From positions 131,855-195,854 of the forward strand of contig CAXNKU010000002.1 in the NCBI GenBank assembly GCA_964203045.1: 64,000 nucleotides of DNA, in the 5' to 3' direction. Positions 9,476 to 19,414 of the stretch are shown piece by piece. How positions within the stretch are numbered: the stretch's first letter is position 1; each line of letters begins with the position of its first letter. The translations under genes were made by a program, and so were the position numbers. The notes beneath the pieces are model-generated. The model had not been told where the DNA came from and did no database searches. It saw nothing but the letters and a program-made list of their open reading frames with translations. This DNA comes from Gaiellales bacterium. Its GTDB lineage: Bacteria > Actinomycetota > Thermoleophilia > Gaiellales > F1-60-MAGs149.

Positions 9476-10380
9476 CAGGATCCTTCGGTCAGCTCGGCGA
9501 TGGAGAGCTCTAAAGCACGAGCGTAGCGCGCAGCCGCCGGCGGATCGGAGTCGGCGAGTTCGAGGCGTCGCATTGCGCAGTAGGCACCCATCCGGAAGGT
9601 GAGTGCAGGCGCAAGCGCAGCCAGCCGCGCAAGCACCGTCGGCTCCTCGTAGGCATCGAGAAACTCGGCGCGTTCGAGCACCGTCAACGGCTCGTGGTCG
9701 TAGAGCACCTGGAAGGCGGGCGAGAGAAACGTAAAGAGATCCTCGGCTGCGTCGCCAAGCGCCGGGCACTGCCAGTCGATCAGGCGAATGCCCTGCGGAC
9801 CGACGATAAAGTTGCCCGTCCCCGCGTCGGTGTGGATCAGCGCGCGGCGTGGTGTCGGCTGGACGCGCGCGGTCGGACAGACCTTACGCAGCATCGCGGC
9901 CTCGTGCGAATCGGCCGACTGCAGCAGACGCTCGCCCTGCTCGACGATGCCGATCGATCCCGTTGGCACCTCACGGAAACCATCCACAACCACCGCGTGC
10001 TGGCGACGAAACAGCCGCGCAACCTCTGCGGCACCCGTCGTCCACATCGTTCCCTCAACCCACTCGTAGACCAACACCGCGGGCAGCTCGCCGACGCGCG
10101 GATGGTATTCAACGTACTCCGGCGCGACGTCATGCCCCTTCAACAGCAGCAACGCACGCGCCTCGTCATCCGGCAAGATCGGAAACAGGCGCCAGCCATC
10201 CTGCGCCGCAAACACCTTGACCACCCAGTCGAGCCCATCGCCCTGCAAACGACAGACGGTGTTCCAATAGCCACCCTGCAGCAACGTCAATTTGACGGCT
10301 GTGGATTTGGCGACAATGCCGCGTTCGTGAAGGAGGGCGAGGACGTCGATGCCCACAGTGTGAAGGCAACCCACTGCCAT
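9475..10380 (-). CDS. aminoglycoside-phosphotransferase (APH)/choline-kinase-family kinase
   Basis: 301 aa with a Brenner-type catalytic block (LIHTDAGTGNFIV) and LIDWQ (the D of DFG-like motifs). Confidence 0.7.
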   Translation of the reverse strand: MAVGCLHTVGIDVLALLHERGIVAKSTAVKLTLLQGGYWNTVCRLQGDGLDWVVKVFAAQDGWRLFPILPDDEARALLLLKGHDVAPEYVEYHPRVGELPAVLVYEWVEGTMWTTGAAEVARLFRRQHAVVVDGFREVPTGSIGIVEQGERLLQSADSHEAAMLRKVCPTARVQPTPRRALIHTDAGTGNFIVGPQGIRLIDWQCPALGDAAEDLFTFLSPAFQVLYDHEPLTVLERAEFLDAYEEPTVLARLAALAPALTFRMGAYCAMRRLELADSDPPAAARYARALELSIAELTEGS

Positions 10381-10389
10381 AATCTAGTC

Positions 10390-11808
10390 ATGGCGATCGC
10401 GACCGAGCACCCCACCCGCTCTGCAGCCGACCAGCGCTACCGAAATGTCTCTGGCTGGCTCGACGGCATCCCCGAATCGCTCGATCCACGCGACGCACTT
10501 CCTGGCGACCAGCAGGTCGATGTTGCGATTGCTGGCGGCGGGTTGACGGGGCTCTGGACCGCATACTGCCTCGCCAAAGGCGACCCGCGTCTGCGCATCG
10601 TCATCTGCGAACGCGAGATCGTGGGCTATGGCGCCTCGGGGCGCAACGGCGGCTTCCAATCGGCTGGCATGGCCGGCGAGATGCGCGTCTACAAGCAGCA
10701 CGGCGGCATGGACATTGTTCGACGCGCCGAGCGCGCGTTTATCGACGGTATCGATTGGGTTGGCGACGTCGTCGCGCACGAGCAGATTGACTGCGGCTGG
10801 CACAAGGGTGGCGCGCTGCGGATCGCGACTTCGCCGACCCAGGCCGCCCGCGTCGAGGCCGGTGTGGCGGGCCGTCGCGCACGCGGCTTTACCGAGCAGG
10901 ACGTCTGGGAGATCTCGCTCGACGAGCTGCAGCAGCGCGTGCGTTTTAGTGGTGCCGTCTCTGCCACCTACACCCCACACTGCGCACGGATCGATCCGGC
11001 CCGCCTGACACGCGGCCTCGCCCATGCCTGCGAAAACCTCGGCGTGACGATCTACGAGCAGACACCGGTAACTGCGATCGAACGCGGACGACTCGTCTGC
11101 CAGCAAGGCTCGATCCAAGCCGACGTCGTGATCCGCGCGACCGAGGCCTTCACGCGCGACCTGCCCGGCGGCAAGCGTCGCTACCTGCGGATCTACTCAC
11201 ACATGCTCCAGACCGAGGTGCTGCCCGACCACGTCTGGGATGAGCTCGGCTGGGACAACTGCGAGCCAATCGCCGATCAGCGTTACCACTTCTTCTATGC
11301 GCAACGCACGATGGATAACCGCATCGCCCTCGGCGGACGCGGCACGTCGTACTACACCGGCGATCGCATCGCAGACACGAACGATCAGAACGAGGCGATT
11401 TTTGCGCGTATCGATGAGGCGCTGCGGCTCCACTTCCCTGCCGCACGCGAGGCCAAGATCGAGCACCGCTGGGGTGGCTCGTTCGCCGCACCGCGCGATT
11501 GGAGCATGCAGGTCGATTTCGACCCAACGACTGGGCTCGGTGCTGCGGGCGGTTTTGCCGGTCACGGACTGACGGGCACGAGCATCGCCGGCCGCACGCT
11601 CGCCGACCTGATTCTGAAACGCGAAACGGATTTGCTGAGCCTGCCTTGGGTGGGCCATACGTGCCGCAAGTGGGAGCCAGAGCCGCTGCGGGCGATCGCG
11701 GCCAAGTCGATCTCCGGCATTTTGCTGAGCGCCGATCAGGTTGAGGAACGCACGGGACGACCGGCGAAACGCGTGCGGATCGTCCAACGTTTCATGCCCG
11801 GCCGCTAG
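10390..11808 (+). CDS. FAD-dependent oxidoreductase (DAO family)
   Basis: Start at ATG 10390. The upstream part of the 704-aa ORF is antisense to the kinase gene. Dinucleotide-binding motif VAIAGGGLTGL plus GASGRNGG. Confidence 0.75.
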   Translation: MAIATEHPTRSAADQRYRNVSGWLDGIPESLDPRDALPGDQQVDVAIAGGGLTGLWTAYCLAKGDPRLRIVICEREIVGYGASGRNGGFQSAGMAGEMRVYKQHGGMDIVRRAERAFIDGIDWVGDVVAHEQIDCGWHKGGALRIATSPTQAARVEAGVAGRRARGFTEQDVWEISLDELQQRVRFSGAVSATYTPHCARIDPARLTRGLAHACENLGVTIYEQTPVTAIERGRLVCQQGSIQADVVIRATEAFTRDLPGGKRRYLRIYSHMLQTEVLPDHVWDELGWDNCEPIADQRYHFFYAQRTMDNRIALGGRGTSYYTGDRIADTNDQNEAIFARIDEALRLHFPAAREAKIEHRWGGSFAAPRDWSMQVDFDPTTGLGAAGGFAGHGLTGTSIAGRTLADLILKRETDLLSLPWVGHTCRKWEPEPLRAIAAKSISGILLSADQVEERTGRPAKRVRIVQRFMPGR

Positions 11809-11817
11809 GCTAGACGC

Positions 11818-12309
11818 ATGGCCTCCACTTTTCGCACAGTCTCGACTCCGCTCGGCGACATCGCCGTCGTGGCCAACGAGGACGGGTTGACCAATCTGAT
11901 CCTGCCCGGCGACGACGTGGCGATCCCCACTGATGCCAGCGAGGGCGGGCCCTTCGTTGACGCAGCGGCGACCCAACTGACGGAATGGTTTGCGGGCAAC
12001 CGGATGTCGTTTGACGTCCCACTCGCACCCGCAGGAACCGAGTTTCAACAGTCGGTCTGGACGGCGCTGCGCGACATCCCCTTCGGCGCCACGGCCTCGT
12101 ACGGCGACATCGCCAAGTCGATTGGACAGCCCATGGCAACGCGCGCCGTTGGCGCGGCTAACGGTCGCAACCCACTACCGATCATCGTTCCCTGCCACCG
12201 CGTCATCGGTGCCAGTGGCGCACTGACGGGCTACTCGGGTGGCGAGGGTCTCGACACGAAGCAGCGACTGCTCGACCACGAGAGCGGCGATCAGACCCTC
12301 AGCGTGTAG
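11818..12309 (+). CDS. ogt: methylated-DNA-[protein]-cysteine S-methyltransferase
   Basis: 163 aa with the active-site PCHRV motif and the preceding N...P...PCHRV architecture. Confidence 0.85.
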   Translation: MASTFRTVSTPLGDIAVVANEDGLTNLILPGDDVAIPTDASEGGPFVDAAATQLTEWFAGNRMSFDVPLAPAGTEFQQSVWTALRDIPFGATASYGDIAKSIGQPMATRAVGAANGRNPLPIIVPCHRVIGASGALTGYSGGEGLDTKQRLLDHESGDQTLSV

Positions 12310-13225
12310 CGACCATTTGGCGAGCGACGGCGGCGAGATGCGTCTCGTCCGTGCCGCAGCAGCCACCGAGGATTGAGAGGCCATGCCGCTGACCGACGTC
12401 AACCAGTGCGGCCGCGTACGGGTTCGGAGTCGACGCGATTAGGTCCTCGCGCCCATCAAGTTCCTCCGGCGAGAGTGCCGAGGTGTTGGCAAAGAGTCCG
12501 ATCGCACGCGAGCCGATCGGTTCGGCTGTCAGCGCCGCGTCCGCGATCGATGGGTGCACGCAGGTGAGCGCGTAGCCGAGTGGTGGCCGCGCCGTTCGCG
12601 TATCAACGGTCTCCACGAATTGACGTAGCGGCGTACCGTCGAGCAGCGTTCCGTCCGGGCGCACGACGACGCCAATGATGTACGGGAGCACGGAGGCCGA
12701 GAGCTCTCGAGCAATCCCCAGCGCCTCCTCGGCATTCGGCAAGGTGGCGGCGATCAGGAGATCGACGCCACCATCTTCGAGCGCCTCAGCCTGGGCCTGC
12801 ATCATCGTCTCGGCGACATCTGCGCTCGGTGCAACGCCGGCGCCATACCCGTCTCCTAAGGGCCCAACCAGACCACCGATGATGATCACGTCGCCGGGCT
12901 GAGCCTCGGCCTGGCGCAGATCGCGCAGCATCCTCGCGTTCTCTGTGTTGAGATCGCGGTGCGCGTAGTTCGAGCGCGCGATGCGCTCCGGATGCGCCCG
13001 CCACGTGTCGGTCTGGAGTAGGACGGGTAGCCCGGCGTCACGACCGATCGCGAGGTATTCGCGATGGATCTCCCAGAGCGCCGCGTGGCCTTGATTGTCG
13101 GTGACGAGCGCACCAATCACGACCTCGGCGTCGAACTCGATGCCCGGCGTGCGCCGCAGACGCTCAAAGATCGACGCCTCACTCAAGACAGGACCAGTCC
13201 GTAACAACTCGGCAACGTTGACCAC
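12299..13225 (-). CDS. homocysteine S-methyltransferase family protein
   Basis: 308 aa with a C-terminal GGCCGT zinc-ligand motif and an N-terminal pattern typical of PF02574. GTG start. Confidence 0.8.
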   Translation of the reverse strand: MVNVAELLRTGPVLSEASIFERLRRTPGIEFDAEVVIGALVTDNQGHAALWEIHREYLAIGRDAGLPVLLQTDTWRAHPERIARSNYAHRDLNTENARMLRDLRQAEAQPGDVIIIGGLVGPLGDGYGAGVAPSADVAETMMQAQAEALEDGGVDLLIAATLPNAEEALGIARELSASVLPYIIGVVVRPDGTLLDGTPLRQFVETVDTRTARPPLGYALTCVHPSIADAALTAEPIGSRAIGLFANTSALSPEELDGREDLIASTPNPYAAALVDVGQRHGLSILGGCCGTDETHLAAVARQMVATR

Positions 13226-13247
13226 GTGAGCATCGTAGGCGTTGCGT

Positions 13248-13344
13248 CAATGTCCAGAAGGGGTCAGGCACGATCTGGACATTGGATGACGAGCTAGCTC
13301 GTCTATCAAATGTCCAGATCGTGCCTGACCCCTTCTGGACATTG
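13248..13344. repeat. family-1 composite palindromic element (97 bp, MITE/REP-like)
   Basis: The arm CAATGTCCAGAAGGGGTCAGGCACGATCTGGACATTG and its reverse complement flank a palindromic core (GACGAGCTAGCTCGTC). Related copies lie at 13431-13487, 46702-46795 and 60941-60977. Confidence 0.9.
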
Positions 13345-13430
13345 GTTGTCTAGCAACCAGCGAACGCGTCGGCCAACGATTCTTCGAGGATCGCGATACC
13401 CTCGTCGAGATCCTCCTGGGTGGCAACACT

Positions 13431-13487
13431 CACGAGCTAGCTCATCCATCAAATGTCCAGATCGTGCCTGACCCCTTCTGGACATTG
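13431..13487. repeat. family-1 half element (core + one arm)
   Basis: CACGAGCTAGCTCATCCATCA + AATGTCCAGATCGTGCCTGACCCCTTCTGGACATTG. This is the exact reverse complement of the left arm plus core of the copy at 46702. Confidence 0.9.
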
Positions 13488-13510
13488 ACCCCAACCCCTA
13501 CGATGCCGGT

Positions 13511-13861
13511 ATGGCAGAGAACGTTCTTGGCAGCGAGTTACAGGCATGCTCGTACGATCCGATCACGGGCTTCTATCGCAACGGCTGCTGCGACACGGGT
13601 GGGCAAGACCAAGGCGTGCATGCCGTCTGTGTTGTGTTGACCGACGAGTTTCTCGCCTTTTCCAAAGCGAGTGGCAACGACCTCTCGACGCCGCTGCCGC
13701 TCTACGAGTTTCCGGGCCTCAAGGCCGGCGATCGCTGGTGCCTCTGCGCAGCGCGCTGGCGCGAGGCGTTTGACGCCGGCTGTGCCCCAGCGGTCCTGCT
13801 CGAGGCGACGCATGCGCGCATGCTCGAGTGGGCGACACTGGACGAGTTGCGCAGCGCCTAG
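13511..13861 (+). CDS. DUF2237-family protein
   Basis: 116 aa. The blocks TGFYR.G.C.TG..D.G.H.VC and DRWCLCA.RW are characteristic of DUF2237. Confidence 0.75.
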   Translation: MAENVLGSELQACSYDPITGFYRNGCCDTGGQDQGVHAVCVVLTDEFLAFSKASGNDLSTPLPLYEFPGLKAGDRWCLCAARWREAFDAGCAPAVLLEATHARMLEWATLDELRSA

Positions 13862-14514
13862 CGCTGAAACCGCTCGCCCCAGCGGGCGAGGTTGGTTGGC
13901 AGCGCAACGCCCTCAGCAAGATCGGGAGCCGGGATCGGAGCACCAACGGTCTGCGTGATCGGCAACACACCGGTCCACGTCGCTGCGTAGTCCTCGGCAT
14001 CCTCCAGGGCATTGCCAGGCGGGCCAGAGCGGATCTTGGCGGAGGCCTCATCGAGCGTCATTGCCAAAACCGAAGTGGCCTTGATTTCCTTGGCAGTCGG
14101 CGGTCGTGTATCTGCCCACCGACCCGGTACAAGCTGATTCGACAGCGCCTCTAAGGCAACCAGCTTCTCGGCCGGATCGTCGACGCGTGTGGCCATACCA
14201 AGCACGACGACCGAGCGATAGTTGACCGATTGATCGAAGACGGCGCGCGCCAACACCAGACCATCCACCAGCGTGACCGTCACACAGCACGGCGCACCAC
14301 CCGCGAGCGTTCGCAGCGTGCGGCTCGCACTCGACCCGTGCAAATAGAGCGTGTCCCCCACGCGGGCGTGCAGCGAGGGAATCACGTAGGGCTGGCCCTC
14401 GACCTCGATGCCGATGTGACAGACAATCGCCTCGTCAAGAATTGCGTCAATCGTCGAACGATCGTACTGGCCACGCTTTGGGAGGCGCTTGACGCGGGTG
14501 CGAGGAGTGGACAT
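13858..14514 (-). CDS. pyridoxamine 5'-phosphate oxidase-family (flavin-binding split-barrel) protein
   Basis: 218 aa with an N-terminal pattern (RGQYDRSTIDAILDEAIVCHIG...GQPYVIP...R.GD.LYLHGS) typical of PNPOx-like proteins. Confidence 0.7.
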   Translation of the reverse strand: MSTPRTRVKRLPKRGQYDRSTIDAILDEAIVCHIGIEVEGQPYVIPSLHARVGDTLYLHGSSASRTLRTLAGGAPCCVTVTLVDGLVLARAVFDQSVNYRSVVVLGMATRVDDPAEKLVALEALSNQLVPGRWADTRPPTAKEIKATSVLAMTLDEASAKIRSGPPGNALEDAEDYAATWTGVLPITQTVGAPIPAPDLAEGVALPTNLARWGERFQR

Positions 14515-14523
14515 GACGTCACT

Positions 14524-15690
14524 CTAAGCAAACAAGAGTGCGGTGACAACAGCCCCCGCGACGAAACCTTCGCCAGGTGGCACGGTCACATAACCATCTG
14601 CACCGGCCAACGAGCGCAACGCACCGGCCCGGCGGGCACACGGCGTCGCTGTTGGCATGTCCCCGTAGACGGAGTCGAGCTCGACTGCAACCATGCAGGT
14701 CGAGTCGTCGCGCCCACCAACAGCCTCAGCAAGCCGTACCTCGAGTGCTGGCCGGGGCGGCACAGCACCCAATAGTTCGCCCAGCAACGGGCGCGCAAAC
14801 AGCTCGTAGGTAAAGGCGGCCGAGACGGGATAGCCCGGTACCCCAATCACGGGTGTGGTGCCGACAACAGCCAGCAATACCGGATGGCCGGGCCGCACCG
14901 CGACTCCATCGACCGCGACCTCACCCAGCTCTTCGAGTACCTCGCGCGCATAGTCTCGGTGACCACGCGAAGAGCCCGCCACAAGCAGCACCAGATCGTT
15001 CGAGAGCACTGCGCGCATCACCTCTTCGCCCAGCAGCTTCGGATCGTCCGGCACGCGTGGATGCAGCGTGGCCCGCGCACCGTCCGCTCGCGCCTGCGCG
15101 ATCAGCATCGGCCCATTCGAGTCGATCACATGGTGTGCATCGAGCCGCTCGCCCGATGAGCGCAACTCGTCCCCGGTGGGAATCACCGCCACGCCAGGCT
15201 GACGCACCACGTCGACCACTGGCTGCCCTGCCGCCGCGACGAGCGCGACGTCGAAGGCGCCGAGTCGCTGGCCGGTCTGGATCAACACCTGATCGAGCGG
15301 AATGTCCTCGCCGGCTGGCCGCACGTGCCGACCGGGCACGACCGACTCCTGCACGAGCGCGCCCGTATCGTCGATCGTTACCTGCTCGCGCACGACAACG
15401 GCATCGAAGCCGTCGGGCACAGGCGCTCCGGTGTCGATTGGCGCGAACTCGGCAGGAGCAATGCGCGTGGGTGCACCCTCCGTGTCGAGCGCGCGCACTG
15501 CGATTCCATCCATCGCAGCAACCCGTAGTGGTGGCGATGGTCGGACTGCGCTGATTGGCTGCGTCGCGATACGCCCAACTGCGTCGCCGACTGGAACGCG
15601 CTCGGAGACCAGCGGCGCGATGAAGCCTGCCTCAGCCAGCGCAGCGTGCCAACGCTTCCAGGCCTCGCTTGGATCTGGATCGTGGCTCAC
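14524..15690 (-). CDS. moeA: molybdopterin molybdotransferase
   Basis: 388 aa with MoeA blocks (TGAPVPDGFDAVV, IPTGDEL, GSSRG..D). The start overlaps the fdhD stop by 4 nt. Confidence 0.85.
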   Translation of the reverse strand: MSHDPDPSEAWKRWHAALAEAGFIAPLVSERVPVGDAVGRIATQPISAVRPSPPLRVAAMDGIAVRALDTEGAPTRIAPAEFAPIDTGAPVPDGFDAVVVREQVTIDDTGALVQESVVPGRHVRPAGEDIPLDQVLIQTGQRLGAFDVALVAAAGQPVVDVVRQPGVAVIPTGDELRSSGERLDAHHVIDSNGPMLIAQARADGARATLHPRVPDDPKLLGEEVMRAVLSNDLVLLVAGSSRGHRDYAREVLEELGEVAVDGVAVRPGHPVLLAVVGTTPVIGVPGYPVSAAFTYELFARPLLGELLGAVPPRPALEVRLAEAVGGRDDSTCMVAVELDSVYGDMPTATPCARRAGALRSLAGADGYVTVPPGEGFVAGAVVTALLFA

Positions 15691-16577
15691 GGATCGACCA
15701 CGATGCGTTGCGTATGCGAGTAGACGTTGGCACGGTCGTCGCGCAAGAAGCCCACGAGCGTGACGCCGAGACGCTTGGCGGCCTGCACGGCGATGCTCGA
15801 CGGGGCACCAACTGCGGCCACGATCGGAATACCTGCCACGGCTGCCTTTTGGACGAGTTCGAAACCTGCACGACCCGAGACGAGTGCGACGGTGTCGTGC
15901 AGCGGCGACTGCCCCGCCATCAGTCGCGCACCAATCGCCTTGTCCATCGCGTTGTGCCGACCAATGTCCTCGCGCAGCTCGACCAAAGCACCCGCGGGCG
16001 TAAACAGCCCAGTCGCATGGATTCCACCCGTGCGGTCGAACTGGCGCTGCTTGGCACGCAGCAACTCGGGCAACTCAAGCAGCGTTTCGAACGCCACTAC
16101 AGGCCCCTCGGGCAGCGGTCGGCAGGCGACCTCGATCATGTCGATTGAGGCCTTGCCGCAGACTCCACAACTCGACGAGGCGAACATGTTGCGTTGCAGC
16201 GAGGTGGCATCAAACGGTTTCGTCAGGCGGACGGAGAGCACGTTGTACTGCTGTTCGGCGTTGTCCACATCGCCGCAGTAGCGAATATCGGCGATCTCGC
16301 TCCCGTCGACCACGAAGCCTTCGGTCAGCAGGAAGCCGGCGGCGAGTTCGAAGTCGGCGCCGGGGGTGCGCATCGTCACGGCCACCTGGGTCAGCTCTTG
16401 ACCGGGGCCGCCAACGCGAATCTCGAGTGGCTCCTCGCCGGCCACGCGATCGCGCTTCTCGACTGGACGCTCGCCGCGCGCAAGGCGCAGCACACCGACG
16501 TCGGCGGTAGGTCCTGCAAGCGGTGGGCGGTCGGAGATGTCGATAATTGAGTCTAGGGAAGCGTCCGGTTCAAGCAT
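15687..16577 (-). CDS. fdhD: formate dehydrogenase accessory sulfurtransferase
   Basis: Start at the internal ATG (MLEPDASL...). Blocks EEPLEIRV, SSCGVCGK and GG.HA are diagnostic of FdhD. Confidence 0.85.
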   Translation of the reverse strand: MLEPDASLDSIIDISDRPPLAGPTADVGVLRLARGERPVEKRDRVAGEEPLEIRVGGPGQELTQVAVTMRTPGADFELAAGFLLTEGFVVDGSEIADIRYCGDVDNAEQQYNVLSVRLTKPFDATSLQRNMFASSSCGVCGKASIDMIEVACRPLPEGPVVAFETLLELPELLRAKQRQFDRTGGIHATGLFTPAGALVELREDIGRHNAMDKAIGARLMAGQSPLHDTVALVSGRAGFELVQKAAVAGIPIVAAVGAPSSIAVQAAKRLGVTLVGFLRDDRANVYSHTQRIVVDP

Positions 16578-16611
16578 CCCCCCGCTAGAAGCCGCGGGCA
16601 AGGTGCATTCG

Positions 16612-16623
16612 TCAACCGGTTGA
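16612..16623. promoter_or_regulatory. perfect 12-bp palindrome TCAACCGGTTGA in the fdhD / LysR divergent region
   Basis: Seen directly, 24 nt upstream of the LysR-family start. A candidate operator by position only. Confidence 0.25.
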
Positions 16624-16646
16624 TAGGCAGGGGCTATCATTGTCGC

Positions 16647-17528
16647 ATGCAGATGCGTCAACTGGAGTACGTCACCGCGCTGGCCCGCGAGCGCCACTTT
16701 GGTCACGCCGCTGCCGCCTGCCATGTCTCGCAACCATCGCTGAGTGCTGGGATCCGCAGCCTTGAAGCCGAGTTGGGTGTCCCGATCGTGATTCGTGGGC
16801 GCCGCTATGCAGGTCTGACACCCGAGGGAGAACGGGTCGTAGCCTGGGCGCACCGCATCCTCGCAGACGCCGACGGCCTGCGCGAGGACCTCGCCTCGAT
16901 GCAGGGCGCGGTCACGGGCCGCCTACGCCTCGGCGCTATCCCCACTGCACTGCCGATTGCTAGTGCGCTCTCGGCCGCCGTCACCGCACAACACCCCGAC
17001 GTCTCCGTGACGGTGCTCTCGCTTGCCAGCCGCGAGATCGAGCGGCGCCTGCTCGAGTTCGAGATCGATGCGGGAATCACGTACCTCGATAACGAGCCTC
17101 TGCGCGGTGTCCGCGCAATTCCCGTCGCCCAGGAACGCTACGTGCTCTACGCCCACCAAGACGATGCGATTGCCGCTCGCGCCTCGTTGACCTGGCGCGA
17201 AGCCGCCGACCTTCCACTCTGCCTCTTAACCGTCAACATGCAGAATCGCCGCATCATCGACGCGGCCTTCACGACGGCTGGCACGGCGCCCTCGCCACGC
17301 GTCGAATCGGACGACATCGTGCCGCTCTGGGAGCACGTCGCCCACGGTCGCTGGTGCACAATCGGGCCGACCTCATGGATCGACGGAGGCGCGCTGCCCG
17401 ACTCGATCGTCGCGATCCCCCTGACCGACCCGACCGTCGAGCAACGGATTGGCGTCGTCGTTCCCGACCGCGACCCGCTGCCGACCCTCACGCGCGCGCT
17501 TCTCGACGCAGCACGCACCACGACCTAG
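16647..17528 (+). CDS. LysR-family transcriptional regulator
   Basis: N-terminal winged HTH (MQMRQLEYVTALARERHFGHAAAACHVSQPSLS) plus a LysR substrate-binding domain. Divergent from fdhD-moeA. Confidence 0.85.
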   Translation: MQMRQLEYVTALARERHFGHAAAACHVSQPSLSAGIRSLEAELGVPIVIRGRRYAGLTPEGERVVAWAHRILADADGLREDLASMQGAVTGRLRLGAIPTALPIASALSAAVTAQHPDVSVTVLSLASREIERRLLEFEIDAGITYLDNEPLRGVRAIPVAQERYVLYAHQDDAIAARASLTWREAADLPLCLLTVNMQNRRIIDAAFTTAGTAPSPRVESDDIVPLWEHVAHGRWCTIGPTSWIDGGALPDSIVAIPLTDPTVEQRIGVVVPDRDPLPTLTRALLDAARTTT

Positions 17529-19414
17529 AGGTCGATCCGTGCCCCAATCGTGATCGTCCGCGACGACGGCATGCCGAAGAAGTCTGTCGCCCCTTGCGAA
17601 TGCTGATGGAGCGTCGCGAAGACCCAGAGCGGAATCTTTGCCAACCCCTTCGACACAACATTGATGCTGTCGCGTCCAACGAAATAGGTGGTGGTCAACG
17701 GATCAATCTGACTCCCCAATGTGCTCTCGCTCAGCGCACGTGGGATATCAGCAGCCTCAGCGAAACCATGCCGAAAGATGACATGCCAGAGGCCAGGCGC
17801 AACCTCTTCGACCTGCGTCTGCTCGGCTACCAGCGGCGTGCTGGCTGTCTCGACCGTGACCATGATCGTCTGCTCAAAAACCGTCTCCAGTACGGCGCAG
17901 GTCGCAGCGAGCGTCCGCGGGACCCGATCGGCCTGAGCCGCAAGATGAACGCCAGTCCCAACCGTTCGGGCCGGTCGGGAGCGCTCCACGAGTTGCAGGT
18001 AGGCAGGGACATCAAGCGACATCTGCTCGATCGCGGCGAGCGCTTTGTCCCGGCTCCGAGTCCAGGCCTGAATGAGCAACAACAGAAGCACTGCGATCAA
18101 CAACGTGAACCAGGCGCCGTGCAAGATTTTGACAAGGTTGGCGCTAAGAAAGGCAACGTCGATGATTGCAATCGGCACGAAAACCGCACCGAGTCGCCAG
18201 ACAGACCACTTCCACTGGTGTCGTGCCACGATCACAGCGAGGAGCGTCGTGCACAACAGCGTTCCGGTGACGGTCAAGCCGTAGGCATTGGCGAGGCGTG
18301 CAGAGGTTTCAAAGTTGAGCACCGTGCCGGCAACTCCAACAAACATCACCAACGTGACAATCGGCACCGTAATCTGGCCCCTGACGGTCTTTGAGGTGTG
18401 CAGCACGCGCATGCGCGGTATCCATCCAAGCCTCATCGCCTGTTGGGCGACCGTAAACATGCCCGAGATCACGGCCTGCGAGGCAATGATGGTCGCCAGT
18501 GTCGCGAGCACAATCATCGGGACGAGGAGTTGTGATGGCACGAGGAGGTAAAACGAATTCGTTGCTGCCGACGGATTCTCTAGGACGAGTGCGCCCTGGC
18601 CGAGGTAGCAGAGCGTCAGCGCAGGGAGTACCACGACGAGCCACGAGGCAGCGATTGGACGCCGCCCGAAGTGACCCATATCGGCGTAGAGCGCTTCGAC
18701 TCCCGTGATCGCCAAGGTGACCGCGCCAAGCAGCACGAACGTCAGCAGCGGATGGCGCACCACGAGCTCCGCCGCATAGAGCGGGTTGATCGCCTCAAGC
18801 ACCTCCGGCTTGCCGATGATTGCACGCACACCAAGGGCCGCAATCGCAGCAAACCAGAGCAACATGATGGGGCCAAAGACATGCCCGATCTTGCCCGTGC
18901 CAAACCGCTGGGCCAGAAATAACACCGCCAGAATCGCGAGTGCGATGTCGTCCTCGAAGCTCGAGACACCAGGCACCACCATCGAGAGCCCTTCGATCGC
19001 AGACAGCACCGAAATACTGGGCGTCAAAATCCCGTCAGCCGCAAACAACGAGATCGCGAGCATGCTGATCGCAATCACAACGACGCGATGCCGTTGTTGC
19101 ACGTACCGCAATGCAAGTACGCCCAACGCAAGCGTGCCGCCCTCCCCCTCATTGTCCGCACGCATGATCACCAGGATGTACTTGACCGTGACCACCAACA
19201 CCAGCGTCCAGATGAACAACGAGAGGAGACCGAGCACCTCCTCCCGATTTGTACTGAGGCCAAAGACATCGCTAAAGGCGGCCTGAAATGCGTACAACGG
19301 ACTCGTGCCAATATCGCCGTAGATGATGCCGATGGCGCCGAACGCCAGCAGCACGATGCTCGACTTTGCGGCGGGCCCGCTCGACGTAGACGAATGTTGA
19401 TTAGACGATCTCAT
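17525..19414 (-). CDS. kup: KUP/HAK/KT potassium transporter
   Basis: 629 aa with the signature GDIGTSPLYA near the N-terminus, 12 helices and a cytoplasmic C-terminal domain. Confidence 0.9.
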   Translation of the reverse strand: MRSSNQHSSTSSGPAAKSSIVLLAFGAIGIIYGDIGTSPLYAFQAAFSDVFGLSTNREEVLGLLSLFIWTLVLVVTVKYILVIMRADNEGEGGTLALGVLALRYVQQRHRVVVIAISMLAISLFAADGILTPSISVLSAIEGLSMVVPGVSSFEDDIALAILAVLFLAQRFGTGKIGHVFGPIMLLWFAAIAALGVRAIIGKPEVLEAINPLYAAELVVRHPLLTFVLLGAVTLAITGVEALYADMGHFGRRPIAASWLVVVLPALTLCYLGQGALVLENPSAATNSFYLLVPSQLLVPMIVLATLATIIASQAVISGMFTVAQQAMRLGWIPRMRVLHTSKTVRGQITVPIVTLVMFVGVAGTVLNFETSARLANAYGLTVTGTLLCTTLLAVIVARHQWKWSVWRLGAVFVPIAIIDVAFLSANLVKILHGAWFTLLIAVLLLLLIQAWTRSRDKALAAIEQMSLDVPAYLQLVERSRPARTVGTGVHLAAQADRVPRTLAATCAVLETVFEQTIMVTVETASTPLVAEQTQVEEVAPGLWHVIFRHGFAEAADIPRALSESTLGSQIDPLTTTYFVGRDSINVVSKGLAKIPLWVFATLHQHSQGATDFFGMPSSRTITIGARIDL

